Origin: Christensenellales bacterium
Lineage (GTDB): Bacteria; Bacillota; Clostridia; Christensenellales; JBMNTT01
Length of the DNA stretch: 64,000 bases
Direction of reading: 5' to 3'
Assembly: GCA_050945875.1 (NCBI GenBank)
Contig: JBMNTT010000001.1
Span: forward strand, 28,580-92,579
The position numbers and the translations under genes are program-made. Numbering within the stretch: the stretch's first letter is position 1; each line of letters opens with the position of its first letter. Positions 28,787 to 37,426 of the stretch are shown piece by piece. Under the pieces are notes generated by a model. That model searched no databases, was not told the origin of the DNA, and was given only the letters and a program-made list of their open reading frames with translations.

Positions 28787-28815
28787 ATTATATATTTTAT
28801 CTATTTATTTGTCAA
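28787..28815 (-). promoter_or_regulatory. Perfect consensus sigma-A promoter for the LuxR-DUF2087 gene
   Basis: On the minus strand, TTGACA (28815-28810) is separated by a 17-nt spacer from TATAAT (28792-28787). It sits inside an AT-rich intergenic island. Confidence 0.7.
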
Positions 28816-28848
28816 CGTTTTGCGTTTTTGTTTATTGATCGGTTGCCG

Positions 28849-28878
28849 TTGACGCAAGCCAACCCATCGCGGTAAGAT
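28849..28878 (+). promoter_or_regulatory. Candidate sigma-A promoter for the ECF sigma operon
   Basis: TTGACG is separated by an 18-nt spacer from TAAGAT. Confidence 0.35.
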
Positions 28879-28910
28879 GAGATAAAATTCTGTTTGAAGG
28901 GCTATCGCCT

Positions 28911-28936
28911 GAAACAATGCGGGGCGATGGGCCGTT
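28911..28936 (+). promoter_or_regulatory. Candidate ECF-type autoregulatory promoter
   Basis: GAAAC is separated by 17 nt from CGTT, which resembles the generic AAC-N16/17-CGT ECF motif. It lies 37 nt upstream of the sigma factor ATG. Confidence 0.25.
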
Positions 28937-28972
28937 CATCAAAAGAGAGCAACGCCGAGAGGAGGGAAACCC

Positions 28973-29542
28973 ATGACCACCCAGGAGGGAGAGATGCTCC
29001 TGCGGGACTGTGGCAAGGGCGTGTACGGCCTGTGTATGCGCCTGACGGGCAACCGTCAACAGGCCGACGACCTGTTTCAGGATACCTTCGTCGCCGCCAT
29101 GGGCGCCAAGCTGCCCGGGGACACCCGGCAGCGCAGCACCTTCAATTGGCTCTACACCATCTGCCTGAACACCTACCGCAGCCATTATCGCAAGATGCGC
29201 ACCCGGATGAAGTACCACCAGGAGTTGGACGACTACGGCTTCTCGATCCTGCCCGCGCCGGAGAAGGAGCAGCCCGAGTCCGCGGCCGCCCGCAACGACC
29301 AGGCCGAGCAGGTGCGCCAAGCGGTGCTGGCGCTGCCGGAGACCTATCGGATGCCCATCGTGCTGTTCTACTACGCGGGCATGGACACCGACGCCATCGC
29401 CAAGGCCCTGGGCATCCCCAGCGCCACGGTGCGCACCCGGATGCACCGGGCCCGAAAGAAACTCGCCGAGGTCCTTCAGCCGGATTTTCGTGAATCATCC
29501 TATTTGGAGGTGAGTGGTCGTGTACAGCCCTGCGAACCTTGA
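28973..29542 (+). CDS. RNA polymerase sigma-70 factor, ECF subfamily
   Basis: Region 2 reads GLCMRLTGNRQQADDLFQDTFV. Region 4 reads LPETYRMPIVLFYYAGMDTDAIAKALGIPSATVRTRMHRARKKL. Confidence 0.85.
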   Translation: MTTQEGEMLLRDCGKGVYGLCMRLTGNRQQADDLFQDTFVAAMGAKLPGDTRQRSTFNWLYTICLNTYRSHYRKMRTRMKYHQELDDYGFSILPAPEKEQPESAAARNDQAEQVRQAVLALPETYRMPIVLFYYAGMDTDAIAKALGIPSATVRTRMHRARKKLAEVLQPDFRESSYLEVSGRVQPCEP

Positions 29543-29900
29543 TCCCAACCGAGAGCTGGACAATCCCGAGTTGGACCGGATGCTCGCCGAGCACCTGGCC
29601 TGCGATCTGGAGCCGTCCAAGGCGCTGTTGAGCAGGACCTATCTGAAGATGCTGCGGATGCAGCGGCGACGCCAACTCATCCTGCCGATGATCCTGCTGG
29701 TCCTGGTGGCGGCCTTTGAGATCGCCCTGATGGTGCTCAAGGACGTCAGCGGCTTCCAGTTACACTTCGCCCTGATCCAGCTGCCCTACGTACCCGAGTG
29801 GGTGCTGCCCACCCTGGTACAGTACGGCGGTTGGTCCTTGAGCCTGGGCCTACTGATCACCATCATGGCGATGGCGCTGAATCTGAAGCGGGACAGCTGA
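29520..29900 (+). CDS. Putative membrane-anchored anti-sigma factor
   Basis: The GTG at 29520 lies 9 nt after GGAGG and overlaps the sigma factor's 3' end. A cytoplasmic N-terminal segment is followed by TM segments (LILPMILLVLVAAFEIALMVL and a C-terminal hydrophobic region). The assignment rests on position only. Confidence 0.45.
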   Translation: MYSPANLDPNRELDNPELDRMLAEHLACDLEPSKALLSRTYLKMLRMQRRRQLILPMILLVLVAAFEIALMVLKDVSGFQLHFALIQLPYVPEWVLPTLVQYGGWSLSLGLLITIMAMALNLKRDS

Positions 29901-29928
29901 ACCCGCGCGAGAAAGGAGATGGACCCGC

Positions 29929-30765
29929 ATGGCCATGGCCGCCTGCACGCTGGGCTTCGTCCTGTTGTTGATCCTGGGCCTGTTGGCGCTGCTGTGCTCG
30001 AGTGTTTTTCTGGGCCTGTGGGCCTATCAGGACGCTCGGGACCACAACTTCACCGCCCCGGTGGCCTGGGGTTTCATCGTCGCCCTGGTGCCCAACTTTA
30101 TCGGTCTGATCATCTACCTGATCTTCCGGGCCAACAACCACAAGAAGATCATCTGCATGAAGTGCGGCGTGCCCAACGACGCCAGCGCCCTCTACTGCCG
30201 CTACTGCGGCGCGGCCCTATCTGAGGATCCGGCCACCGCCAACCAGATGGCGGCTCGGGAGCCCCGGCGGGCGAAGCGCCACATCACGGGTTTCTTTATC
30301 TGCATTGGCGCGGGCATCGTCCTGATCGGCGTCAGCGTGGCGCTGCTGGTTGCGGGGGTGACCTACTATAACTATACCGGCCACGCCACCACCTACACGA
30401 TCGAGGAGCCCGAGAGCCGCGAGGAGGCCAATCTCGATCCGAATACGCTCGGCGGCGGCAACAGCTTCGGCGTGGGCGTCATTGAGATGAACACCGCCAG
30501 CGGTTACTCCCTCAAGTTCGTCAGCCTGAGCGGCTCCAAGGTCATCGGCGTGCCCGACGCGATCACCTCGGTGAGCTACCAGGCCAAGTTGGACGCCGGC
30601 AGCTGCGAGCTCTACCTGGTCACAGAAGACAGTCAGTACAGCATCCCCGTAGGCGAGACAGAGGCCGCCACCGGCACCCTCTCCTTCACAGGGCAGAACG
30701 CCAAGTTATACCTGGTCAGTCACGACGGCAAGGGCGGCAACTTTCAATTCACCTGGAACCGTTGA
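29929..30765 (+). CDS. Membrane protein with a PLD-N-like two-TM module, a zinc ribbon and an extracytoplasmic C-terminal domain
   Basis: The first module reads WAYQDARDHNFTAPVAWGFIVALVPNFIGLIIYLIF. A zinc ribbon (CMKCGVPNDASALYCRYCG) follows, then a third TM segment and a C-terminal half of about 130 aa that looks beta-rich. Confidence 0.6.
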   Translation: MAMAACTLGFVLLLILGLLALLCSSVFLGLWAYQDARDHNFTAPVAWGFIVALVPNFIGLIIYLIFRANNHKKIICMKCGVPNDASALYCRYCGAALSEDPATANQMAAREPRRAKRHITGFFICIGAGIVLIGVSVALLVAGVTYYNYTGHATTYTIEEPESREEANLDPNTLGGGNSFGVGVIEMNTASGYSLKFVSLSGSKVIGVPDAITSVSYQAKLDAGSCELYLVTEDSQYSIPVGETEAATGTLSFTGQNAKLYLVSHDGKGGNFQFTWNR

Positions 30766-30810
30766 AAAAAACAACGCCCCGAAGCCAATCGGCTTCGGGG
30801 CGTTGTTTTC
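30765..30810. terminator. Bidirectional intrinsic terminator
   Basis: The structure is AAAAAA-AACAACGCCCCGAAGCC-aatc-GGCTTCGGGGCGTTGTT-TT. Confidence 0.75.
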
Positions 30811-30817
30811 GCCTCCA

Positions 30818-31609
30818 TCAGGTCTCTGGGGCGACGAAGTGCTCCCGGATGACCCGCTCAAAATCCTCGTGGAGGATACCGTTGGTGCACAGCACGTTGC
30901 CGGTCTGGTTGCAGTCCCCCTCACCGGGCCAGCCGGTCATCCGGCCGCCCGCCTCCTCCAGGATCACCCGGGCGGCGGCAAAATCGTACAGATGCAGCGC
31001 CAGCTCCAGAAAGGCCTCGAAGCGCCCGCACGCCACGAAGCAGACATCCAGCGCCGCGCTGCCCATGCGCCGCAGGTCGCTGACGCTCGCCACCAGCGCC
31101 GGCAGCAGGGTGAACATCGCCTCGCGCAGCGCCGGGTCGCGATGGGCAAAGGAGAAACTGGAGATGCTCTCGCGCATCCGGGTCTGCCGCGAGACGTGGA
31201 TGGGCTCTCCGTTGCAGTAGGCGCCCTCGCCTTTGACGGCGGTATACATCTCGTCCAGCCCGGGACAGTAGACCACGCCCAGGGTCAGCTCCCCCCGGTA
31301 CTGATACCCGATGGAGATGGTATAGGTGGGGATACCCTGGATATAGTTGGTGGTGCCGTCGATGGGATCGATGATCCAGCAGCCCTCATGCTGCCGCTGG
31401 TCGCGCATCCCGCCCTCCTCGCCGAAGAATCCATCCTCGGGGAAGGCGTCGGTCAGCCGCTGCATAATGATCCGCTCGCTCAGCCGGTCCATCTGGGTGA
31501 CGAAATCGTTCTCCGCCTTGTGCTCCACGGCGATGGCGTCCCGGTCCGCGATGGCGGCCGCCGCCTGCCGGGCCGCGCTCTGGGCGACCCGCATCCTCTC
31601 CTGCCACAT
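30818..31609 (-). CDS. Inositol monophosphatase family protein
   Basis: The ATG is at 31609. The motifs are FFGEEGG, WIIDPIDGTTNY and the C-terminal WDxAA-type YDFAAARVILEEAGG. Confidence 0.85.
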   Translation of the reverse strand: MWQERMRVAQSAARQAAAAIADRDAIAVEHKAENDFVTQMDRLSERIIMQRLTDAFPEDGFFGEEGGMRDQRQHEGCWIIDPIDGTTNYIQGIPTYTISIGYQYRGELTLGVVYCPGLDEMYTAVKGEGAYCNGEPIHVSRQTRMRESISSFSFAHRDPALREAMFTLLPALVASVSDLRRMGSAALDVCFVACGRFEAFLELALHLYDFAAARVILEEAGGRMTGWPGEGDCNQTGNVLCTNGILHEDFERVIREHFVAPET

Positions 31610-31752
31610 GGCGATCCTCCTCCATAGCAAAATCTGATGGCACCATTGTAGCATATTCGGCAGCGCGTGGACATTTTTTTGTGCAAACAGACCGATGTAA
31701 GAATCGTATAAAGATGCTACAATGAGAACATCTTGTGTCTAGGAGGGACAAT

Positions 31753-33150
31753 ATGCTGGGCAAGTTGTTGGGAAATCGAGACTTTTGGAGGCCCACGCTC
31801 AAGCTGGCGCTGCCCATCGCCTTTCAAAATCTCCTCATGAGCTCCTTTGGCATGGTGGACACCATCATGATCGGCCAGCTGGGCGAGGTCGCCCTGGCCT
31901 CGGTGGGGATGGCCGGGCAGTGGAGCTGGCTGATGAACATCTTCCTGTTCGGCTTCTGCTCGGGCTCCTCGGTCTTCATCTCCCAATACTGGGGCGTCAA
32001 GGACATGCGCGGCATCCACCGCACCTACGGGATGGTGCTGGCCAACGTCATGGCGGTGGCTGCGGTGTTCACCCTGGTGGGCGTGCTGGCGCCTCAGTTC
32101 GTGCTGGGGCTGTTCACCACCGACCCGGTGGTCATCGCCCAGGGGGTGAGCTATCTGCGCCCGGCCAGCATCTCCTTCCTGGCCATCGCCATCAACCAGG
32201 GGGCGAGCACGGTGCTGCGCTCCACCGAGAATGTAAAGCTGCCCATGTACACCAGCATGGTCTCCGTGGCGGCCAATGCGATCCTCAACTATATCTTCAT
32301 CTTCGGCGCGTTCGGCCTGCCGGCCATGGGCGTGGTGGGCGCGGCGGTGGCCACGGCCATCTCCGCCTGGATCAATCCCCTGCTGCTCTACGGCATCTCC
32401 TTCGCCCAAAAGAACCTGCTGATCTCCCCCATCCGCGAGCTGTTCACCTTCAGCGGCGCTTTCGCCAAGAAGTTCTACCTGGTCAGCTTGCCGGTCATCC
32501 TCAACGAGTCGCTGTGGGCCCTGGGCACCCTGGGCTACAACATGGTCTACGGCCACATGGGTACCAACAACTACTCCGCCCTGACCATCTTCCGCACGGT
32601 GGAGAACATCGCCTTCGTCTTCTTCGTCGGGCTCTGCCACGCCAGCACCGTGCTGGTGGGCAAGAACATCGGCGCGGGCAACTTTAAGCAGGCCATCAGC
32701 GACGCCCGGCGATTTGCCATCGTGGTGCCCCTGCTGTCGCTGGCGGTGGGCCTGTGCATGATCGCCCTGCGCGCGCCGGTGCTGACGCTGTTCAACGTCT
32801 CCGAGGAGGTGCGCCGGACCGCCATGGCCATCATGGTGATTTACGGGCTGGAGCTGTGCATCCGCAACATCCCCTACATCAACATCGTGGGCATCTTCCG
32901 CGCCGGGGGCGACACCAAGACCGGTCTGTTTTATGACATCCTGTGCGTATGGTGCCTGGCCCTGCCCGTCACGATCGTCTGCGGGCTGGTGCTGCAGCTG
33001 CCCTTCCTGTTGGTGTACACCCTCATGCTGCTGTGCGAGGACCTGCCCAAGATCATCCTGTGCATCCGCCGCTTCCACAGCCGCAAATGGATCCAACCCG
33101 TCACCGCCCAGGGAGCCGAGACCCTGTCCTCGGGCGAGGTCTTGGACTGA
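31753..33150 (+). CDS. MATE family efflux transporter
   Basis: The ATG at 31753 follows AGGAGGG. The sequence reads MLGKLLGNRDFWRPTLKLALPIAFQNLLMSSFGMVDTIMIGQLGEVALASVG and has about 12 TM segments. Confidence 0.9.
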   Translation: MLGKLLGNRDFWRPTLKLALPIAFQNLLMSSFGMVDTIMIGQLGEVALASVGMAGQWSWLMNIFLFGFCSGSSVFISQYWGVKDMRGIHRTYGMVLANVMAVAAVFTLVGVLAPQFVLGLFTTDPVVIAQGVSYLRPASISFLAIAINQGASTVLRSTENVKLPMYTSMVSVAANAILNYIFIFGAFGLPAMGVVGAAVATAISAWINPLLLYGISFAQKNLLISPIRELFTFSGAFAKKFYLVSLPVILNESLWALGTLGYNMVYGHMGTNNYSALTIFRTVENIAFVFFVGLCHASTVLVGKNIGAGNFKQAISDARRFAIVVPLLSLAVGLCMIALRAPVLTLFNVSEEVRRTAMAIMVIYGLELCIRNIPYINIVGIFRAGGDTKTGLFYDILCVWCLALPVTIVCGLVLQLPFLLVYTLMLLCEDLPKIILCIRRFHSRKWIQPVTAQGAETLSSGEVLD

Positions 33151-33157
33151 CGCCGCG

Positions 33158-33192
33158 AAAAAGCGCCCGATCATCTCGATCGGGCGCTTTTT
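33158..33192. terminator. Bidirectional intrinsic terminator
   Basis: The structure is AAAAAGCGCCCGATC-atctc-GATCGGGCGCTTTTT. Confidence 0.75.
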
Positions 33193-33786
33193 TCACGCCT
33201 CGGGCGGGGTGCGCAGGTATCCCATGCCATAGGTCATGATGCTTTCGGCCGTCAGAGCCATCTCCTCGGCGCTGGCGTTCATGCCGCCGGAGAGCCATTT
33301 GTTCAGCAGACCCATGCAGCCCGCGCTGACAAAGGTGTAGAAATTGGCGATCATCTTGGGGGTGGCGCTGGGGAACGCCTTGGAGTAGATTTCCAGGCAT
33401 TTCTCCCGACCCAAGTCCAGCAGCCGCTGGACGAAGGTCTTATCCCCGTAATCGCCCAGGGTGATGGTGCAGATTTCCGCGTTGTCCTTGAGGCACTGAA
33501 AGATGCCCGAGGTGATCTGCGCGGGGGTCAGGGCGACCGGCCGGGTCCGCAAAAGCGGCTCCAGGGCCCGCTGGAAGTCCTCCAACAGCTCCTCCTCCAT
33601 CTGCCGCAGCAGGTCGTACAGGTCGGTATAGTGGGCGTAGAAGGTGCCCCGGTTGATCCCCGCGCGCTGGCAGAGCTCGGTGATCGAGATGCTCTGGATG
33701 GGCTTTTTTTGCAGCAGCTCTGTCAGGGCTCGGCGGATGAGCATCTTGGTGACGCGGGTGCGATGGTCTTGGGCTGTGGCTTTCAT
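33193..33786 (-). CDS. TetR family transcriptional regulator
   Basis: The ATG is at 33786. The sequence is MKATAQDHRTRVTKMLIRRALTELLQKKPIQSISITELCQRAGINRGTFYAHY. The rest of the 496-aa track ORF is a shadow of the SDR gene. Confidence 0.85.
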   Translation of the reverse strand: MKATAQDHRTRVTKMLIRRALTELLQKKPIQSISITELCQRAGINRGTFYAHYTDLYDLLRQMEEELLEDFQRALEPLLRTRPVALTPAQITSGIFQCLKDNAEICTITLGDYGDKTFVQRLLDLGREKCLEIYSKAFPSATPKMIANFYTFVSAGCMGLLNKWLSGGMNASAEEMALTAESIMTYGMGYLRTPPEA

Positions 33787-33975
33787 GGACGAACCCCCTT
33801 CGGAAATCGAACTTTTTGTGTCATCCCCAGCGCGCCGGACAGCATGCGTTGGTTTTGTTGAGTATCGTACTGTGCCGCTGCAAAGTGGCGATTGTATCCC
33901 CTCCCTACTGCGAATATAATACAAGCAAGGATAAAGATCAACACTTTGTTGGTTTTTATGAGGAGGTGTACAAAT

Positions 33976-34977
33976 ATGAAAAAGCGCTATGTGGTCACCG
34001 GTGCCTGCGGCCACCTGGGCAGCACCATCGTGCGCATGCTCCAGCGGGCTGGCGAGTCGGTGTACGGCTTGGTGCTGCCCGGCGAGCCCGCCCAGGATCA
34101 GGCGAAGATCCACTATGTGCGCGGGGACGTGCGGGACATCGATACCTTGCGCCCGCTTTTCGCCGACGCCGAGGGGGAGGAGATCATCGTCATCCACACG
34201 GCCGGCATCATCGATATCTCCGAGCAGGTGACCGATCTGATGTACGCCGTCAACGTGGGCGGCACGAAGAACATCCTGAAGCTGTGCCAGCAGGTCGGCG
34301 TGCGGCGGCTGGTGTACGTCAGCTCGGTGCACGCCATCCCGGAGAAAGACCACCTCTCGGTGCTCTCGGAGGTCCAACGGTTCTCTCCGGACTGGGTGGT
34401 CGGCGGCTACGCAAAGACCAAGGCGGAGGCCACCCAGGCGGTGCTCGACGCCGTGGCCCAAGGGCTGGATGCGGTGGTGGTGCATCCCTCGGGCATCCTG
34501 GGGCCCTATGACAACTCGGGCAACCACCTGGTGCAGATGGTCAAGGATTATCTGACCGGCAAGCTGCCCGCCTGCGTCAAGGGGGGGTACGACTTCGTGG
34601 ACGTGCGGGACGTGGCCTACGGCTGCCTGACCGCCGCCGAGCGGGGCAAGACCGGCGAGTGCTACATCCTCTCCAACCGGCATTATGAGGTGCGGGATGT
34701 GCTGCGCATCGCCCGGACGGTGTGCGGCGGGCGGCGACTGCCGGTGCTGCCGATGTGGATGGCCAAGGCCGCGGCGCCCCTGCTGGGCTGGATTTCCCGG
34801 CGGCGCAGGCAGCGGCCGCTCTACACGAAATACTCCCTCTACACCCTATCGAGCAACGACCGCTTCTCCCACGACAAGGCCACCCTGGAGCTAGGGTACC
34901 GGCCTCGGGACCTGTGCCAGACCATCCGGGATACCGCCGCCTGGCTGCGCCAGCAGCAGCTGATCCTGACGCCGTGA
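33976..34977 (+). CDS. NAD-dependent epimerase/dehydratase (extended SDR, dihydroflavonol-reductase-like)
   Basis: The ATG at 33976 follows AGGAGG. The sequence carries the Rossmann motif MKKRYVVTGACGHLGS and the catalytic YAKTK. Confidence 0.85.
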   Translation: MKKRYVVTGACGHLGSTIVRMLQRAGESVYGLVLPGEPAQDQAKIHYVRGDVRDIDTLRPLFADAEGEEIIVIHTAGIIDISEQVTDLMYAVNVGGTKNILKLCQQVGVRRLVYVSSVHAIPEKDHLSVLSEVQRFSPDWVVGGYAKTKAEATQAVLDAVAQGLDAVVVHPSGILGPYDNSGNHLVQMVKDYLTGKLPACVKGGYDFVDVRDVAYGCLTAAERGKTGECYILSNRHYEVRDVLRIARTVCGGRRLPVLPMWMAKAAAPLLGWISRRRRQRPLYTKYSLYTLSSNDRFSHDKATLELGYRPRDLCQTIRDTAAWLRQQQLILTP

Positions 34978-34983
34978 GAGCGC

Positions 34984-35018
34984 AAAAAAGCCGCCGCAAT
35001 CATTGCGGCGGCTTTTTT
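34984..35018. terminator. Bidirectional intrinsic terminator
   Basis: The structure is AAAAAA-GCCGCCGCAAT-c-ATTGCGGCGGC-TTTTTT. Confidence 0.8.
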
Positions 35019-35023
35019 CTCGT

Positions 35024-35617
35024 TCAGCCATCCATGGGCAGGTGGCGCATGGAGACGAAGGCGTACCCGTCCCCCTGGCGGGCCATGGTGTACTCGCTGA
35101 TGTGATCGGGCTGCTCCCCCACATCGGGATAAACCGCCACGGTCAGCAGCAGGGTATCCCCCTGGCGGAAGGCGGTCAGGGGTTTGAGCAAGATATCCCC
35201 GTTGAGCTTGCCAGCCTGGATGCTGTAGAGCTTCTTTTCAAAGTCATAAAAACTGCTGCCCGCATGGGGCGCAAAGTCGGCGATTGCGAAATACTTTTCA
35301 ACGCGGCGCTGGATCTCCTTCTCCGACACCTGCAGGTAGGCGGTCTCGGCGTCGAAATACCCGGCCTCCTCCTCGGGATGGCTGAAGGCATAGGTCAGGA
35401 TGCGATCCTGGGGTAGCTGGCTGACATCCTCAAAGGGGGTGAAGCCCAGCAGCTCGGCCAGGTCCACATAGCGCTCGCTGAGCGCTTGGGTCTCCTCCAC
35501 GGAGAGCAGCTGCTTGCGGTTGCCGTCGGACTCAGGCGCGCTCTGGACCGTACCCGAGCAGGCCGCCAGCAACATCGCCGCCGCGAGGATCAAAGGCAAT
35601 AGGCGCTTGATACGCAT
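35024..35617 (-). CDS. Lipoprotein of unknown function
   Basis: The ATG is at 35617. The sequence MRIKRLLPLILAAAMLLAAC|S carries a lipobox. Confidence 0.65.
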   Translation of the reverse strand: MRIKRLLPLILAAAMLLAACSGTVQSAPESDGNRKQLLSVEETQALSERYVDLAELLGFTPFEDVSQLPQDRILTYAFSHPEEEAGYFDAETAYLQVSEKEIQRRVEKYFAIADFAPHAGSSFYDFEKKLYSIQAGKLNGDILLKPLTAFRQGDTLLLTVAVYPDVGEQPDHISEYTMARQGDGYAFVSMRHLPMDG

Positions 35618-35725
35618 CGATTCACTCCTTGTGTTTTCTAGGGTTCTGCCCCTAGGGTATGCCGCGCGGTGGCAAGCTATGCGCACCCGGGCGTCCGCCC
35701 ATTATACCACAAAAAGCGCCCGCTG

Positions 35726-36958
35726 TCACCCTTCGGGCCGGTCCTCGTCGGCCGCGCGGGGCTCCATCAGGATATCGTTGTCCATCAGTGAGGCGTAGGA
35801 CAGGGCCTGGCGGCCATAGCGCGCCCGCACGCGGTCCATGGCCTGCTCGAGTCGGCACCGCCGGGGGTCCAGCCCGCGGGTCGGGTCGAGCAGGGACAGC
35901 TGCACCTGGCCGGGGGTGTCGCTCAGCTGCATGGCCGTGACGCTCATCATGCGGATGGGCTTGGTCATGGGCCAGTGGGCGCGCGCCAGCTCCAGGGCGC
36001 AGGCGGCGATGTCCTGGGCCAGGAAGGTCCCGTGGCTCAGGCCCTTCTGCCGGGAGATCATGCGCAGGTTGGGGTCCTTGATCTGCAGCTGCACCCCATG
36101 GCAGTAGAGCCCCTGCTGGCGCAGCCGGGCGGCCACGCTGTCGGACAGGGCCAAAATCCCCGCCCGCACGTCCTCCACCCCCACCAGGTTGCGCCGGAAG
36201 GTGATGCCGTTGCCGATGGACTTGGCGGGCCGACGCTCGTCGATGGAGGCCACGGGACTGTCCTCCAACCCGTTGGCATAGGCGTAGAGCATGTGCCCGG
36301 ACTTGCCCAGCAGGGCGGTCAGCTGCTCCGGGTCGGCCTGGGCCAGCTGACCGATGGTATCGATGCCATAGCGGTGCAGCTGGGCCGCCGCCGCGTCCCC
36401 CACATACAGCAGCTCCGACACCGGCAGGGGATGCACGATGGCGCGATAGTTCTCCTCGGTGATGACGGTGGTAGCGTCGGGCTTTCGGTAATCACTGCCC
36501 AGCTTGGCGAAGATTTTGTTGAAGGACACCCCCACCGAGATGGTCAGCCCGAGCTCGCGCTTGACCCGCTCGCGGAGCTGATCGGCCACCTGGGGACCGG
36601 GCCCGAACAGGTGCAGGCTGCCCGTCATGTCCAGCCAGGACTCGTCCACCCCAAAGGGCTCCACCTGGTCGGTGTACTGGGCATAGATGGCGTTGACCTT
36701 CTGGGAATACGCCTGGTAGGCGTCGTGATGCGCGGCCACCAGCACCAGCTCCGGGCACTTGCGCTTGGCCTGCCACACGGTCTCGGCGGTCTGAACGCCA
36801 AAGCTCTTGGCCAGCTCGTTCTTGGCCAGGATGATGCCGTGGCGGCTCCTGGGATCGCCGCACACCGCCATGGGCACCCGCTTGAGCTCCGGGCGGAAGA
36901 TGCACTCCACCGAGGCGTAGAACCCATTGCAATCGCAGTGGAAAATCGTGCGCGCCAT
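35726..36958 (-). CDS. dinB: Y-family DNA polymerase IV
   Basis: The ATG is at 36958. The sequence reads MARTIFHCDCNGFYASVECIFRPEL...FGVDESWLDMTG...ISVGVSFNKIFAKLGSD. Confidence 0.9.
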   Translation of the reverse strand: MARTIFHCDCNGFYASVECIFRPELKRVPMAVCGDPRSRHGIILAKNELAKSFGVQTAETVWQAKRKCPELVLVAAHHDAYQAYSQKVNAIYAQYTDQVEPFGVDESWLDMTGSLHLFGPGPQVADQLRERVKRELGLTISVGVSFNKIFAKLGSDYRKPDATTVITEENYRAIVHPLPVSELLYVGDAAAAQLHRYGIDTIGQLAQADPEQLTALLGKSGHMLYAYANGLEDSPVASIDERRPAKSIGNGITFRRNLVGVEDVRAGILALSDSVAARLRQQGLYCHGVQLQIKDPNLRMISRQKGLSHGTFLAQDIAACALELARAHWPMTKPIRMMSVTAMQLSDTPGQVQLSLLDPTRGLDPRRCRLEQAMDRVRARYGRQALSYASLMDNDILMEPRAADEDRPEG

Positions 36959-37089
36959 GGCGTCACCTCTCTCCCCCCTATGATAGCACACCGGGCGTGT
37001 TCGTGCATCTGTCAAAAATAGGCGAACAGATTTGACGCTTGTACCCCGCCGGCGCAATCGGCTATAATGGGGAAAAGGAGGGATTCCCC

Positions 37090-37365
37090 ATGGATGAGTT
37101 GGCCCACATTCGCTTTGAGATGCACGCCGGCGACGGCAGCGGGACCTACGACAAGATGGTTGTCTACATCGCCGGTTCCGTCTCGGAGATGGCCGAGCCC
37201 GACAAGGTGCAGCAGGACGTGACCAAGGACATCAACGGCCGCTACCTCAGCGGCAGCGGCAAGCCCTTCCACGTCGCCAAGATGGAGGATGTCATGCTCA
37301 CCGACAACCAGGCCCGCATCGCCCGCAAGAAAGGGCTGCTGCTCTCCCGCGACCTGTTGGTGTGA
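37090..37365 (+). CDS. Small hypothetical protein (91 aa)
   Basis: The ATG at 37090 follows AAAAGGAGGG. G/C is strongly preferred at third codon positions, and a strong terminator follows immediately. I do not recognise the family. Confidence 0.55.
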   Translation: MDELAHIRFEMHAGDGSGTYDKMVVYIAGSVSEMAEPDKVQQDVTKDINGRYLSGSGKPFHVAKMEDVMLTDNQARIARKKGLLLSRDLLV

Positions 37366-37377
37366 CGCCCGCCGTAT

Positions 37378-37411
37378 CAAAAAGCCGCCGTCCCTCTGGA
37401 CGGCGGCTTTT
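37378..37411. terminator. Bidirectional intrinsic terminator
   Basis: The structure is AAAAA-GCCGCCGTCC-ctct-GGACGGCGGC-TTTTT. Confidence 0.8.
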
Positions 37412-37426
37412 TGTGCGCGTTGGCGC

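Noticed and set aside
33787-34683. The upstream two-thirds of the 496-aa minus ORF that contains the TetR gene.
   Set aside because: It is antisense to the well-supported SDR gene (33976-34977). The TetR gene starts at the internal ATG at 33786.
36990-37060. A possible LexA box or operator in the dinB upstream region (GTGTTCG...CGAACAGATTTGAC).
   Set aside because: Only a half-site is present. The GTTC and GAAC elements are in the wrong order and spacing for a CGAAC-N4-GTTCG box.
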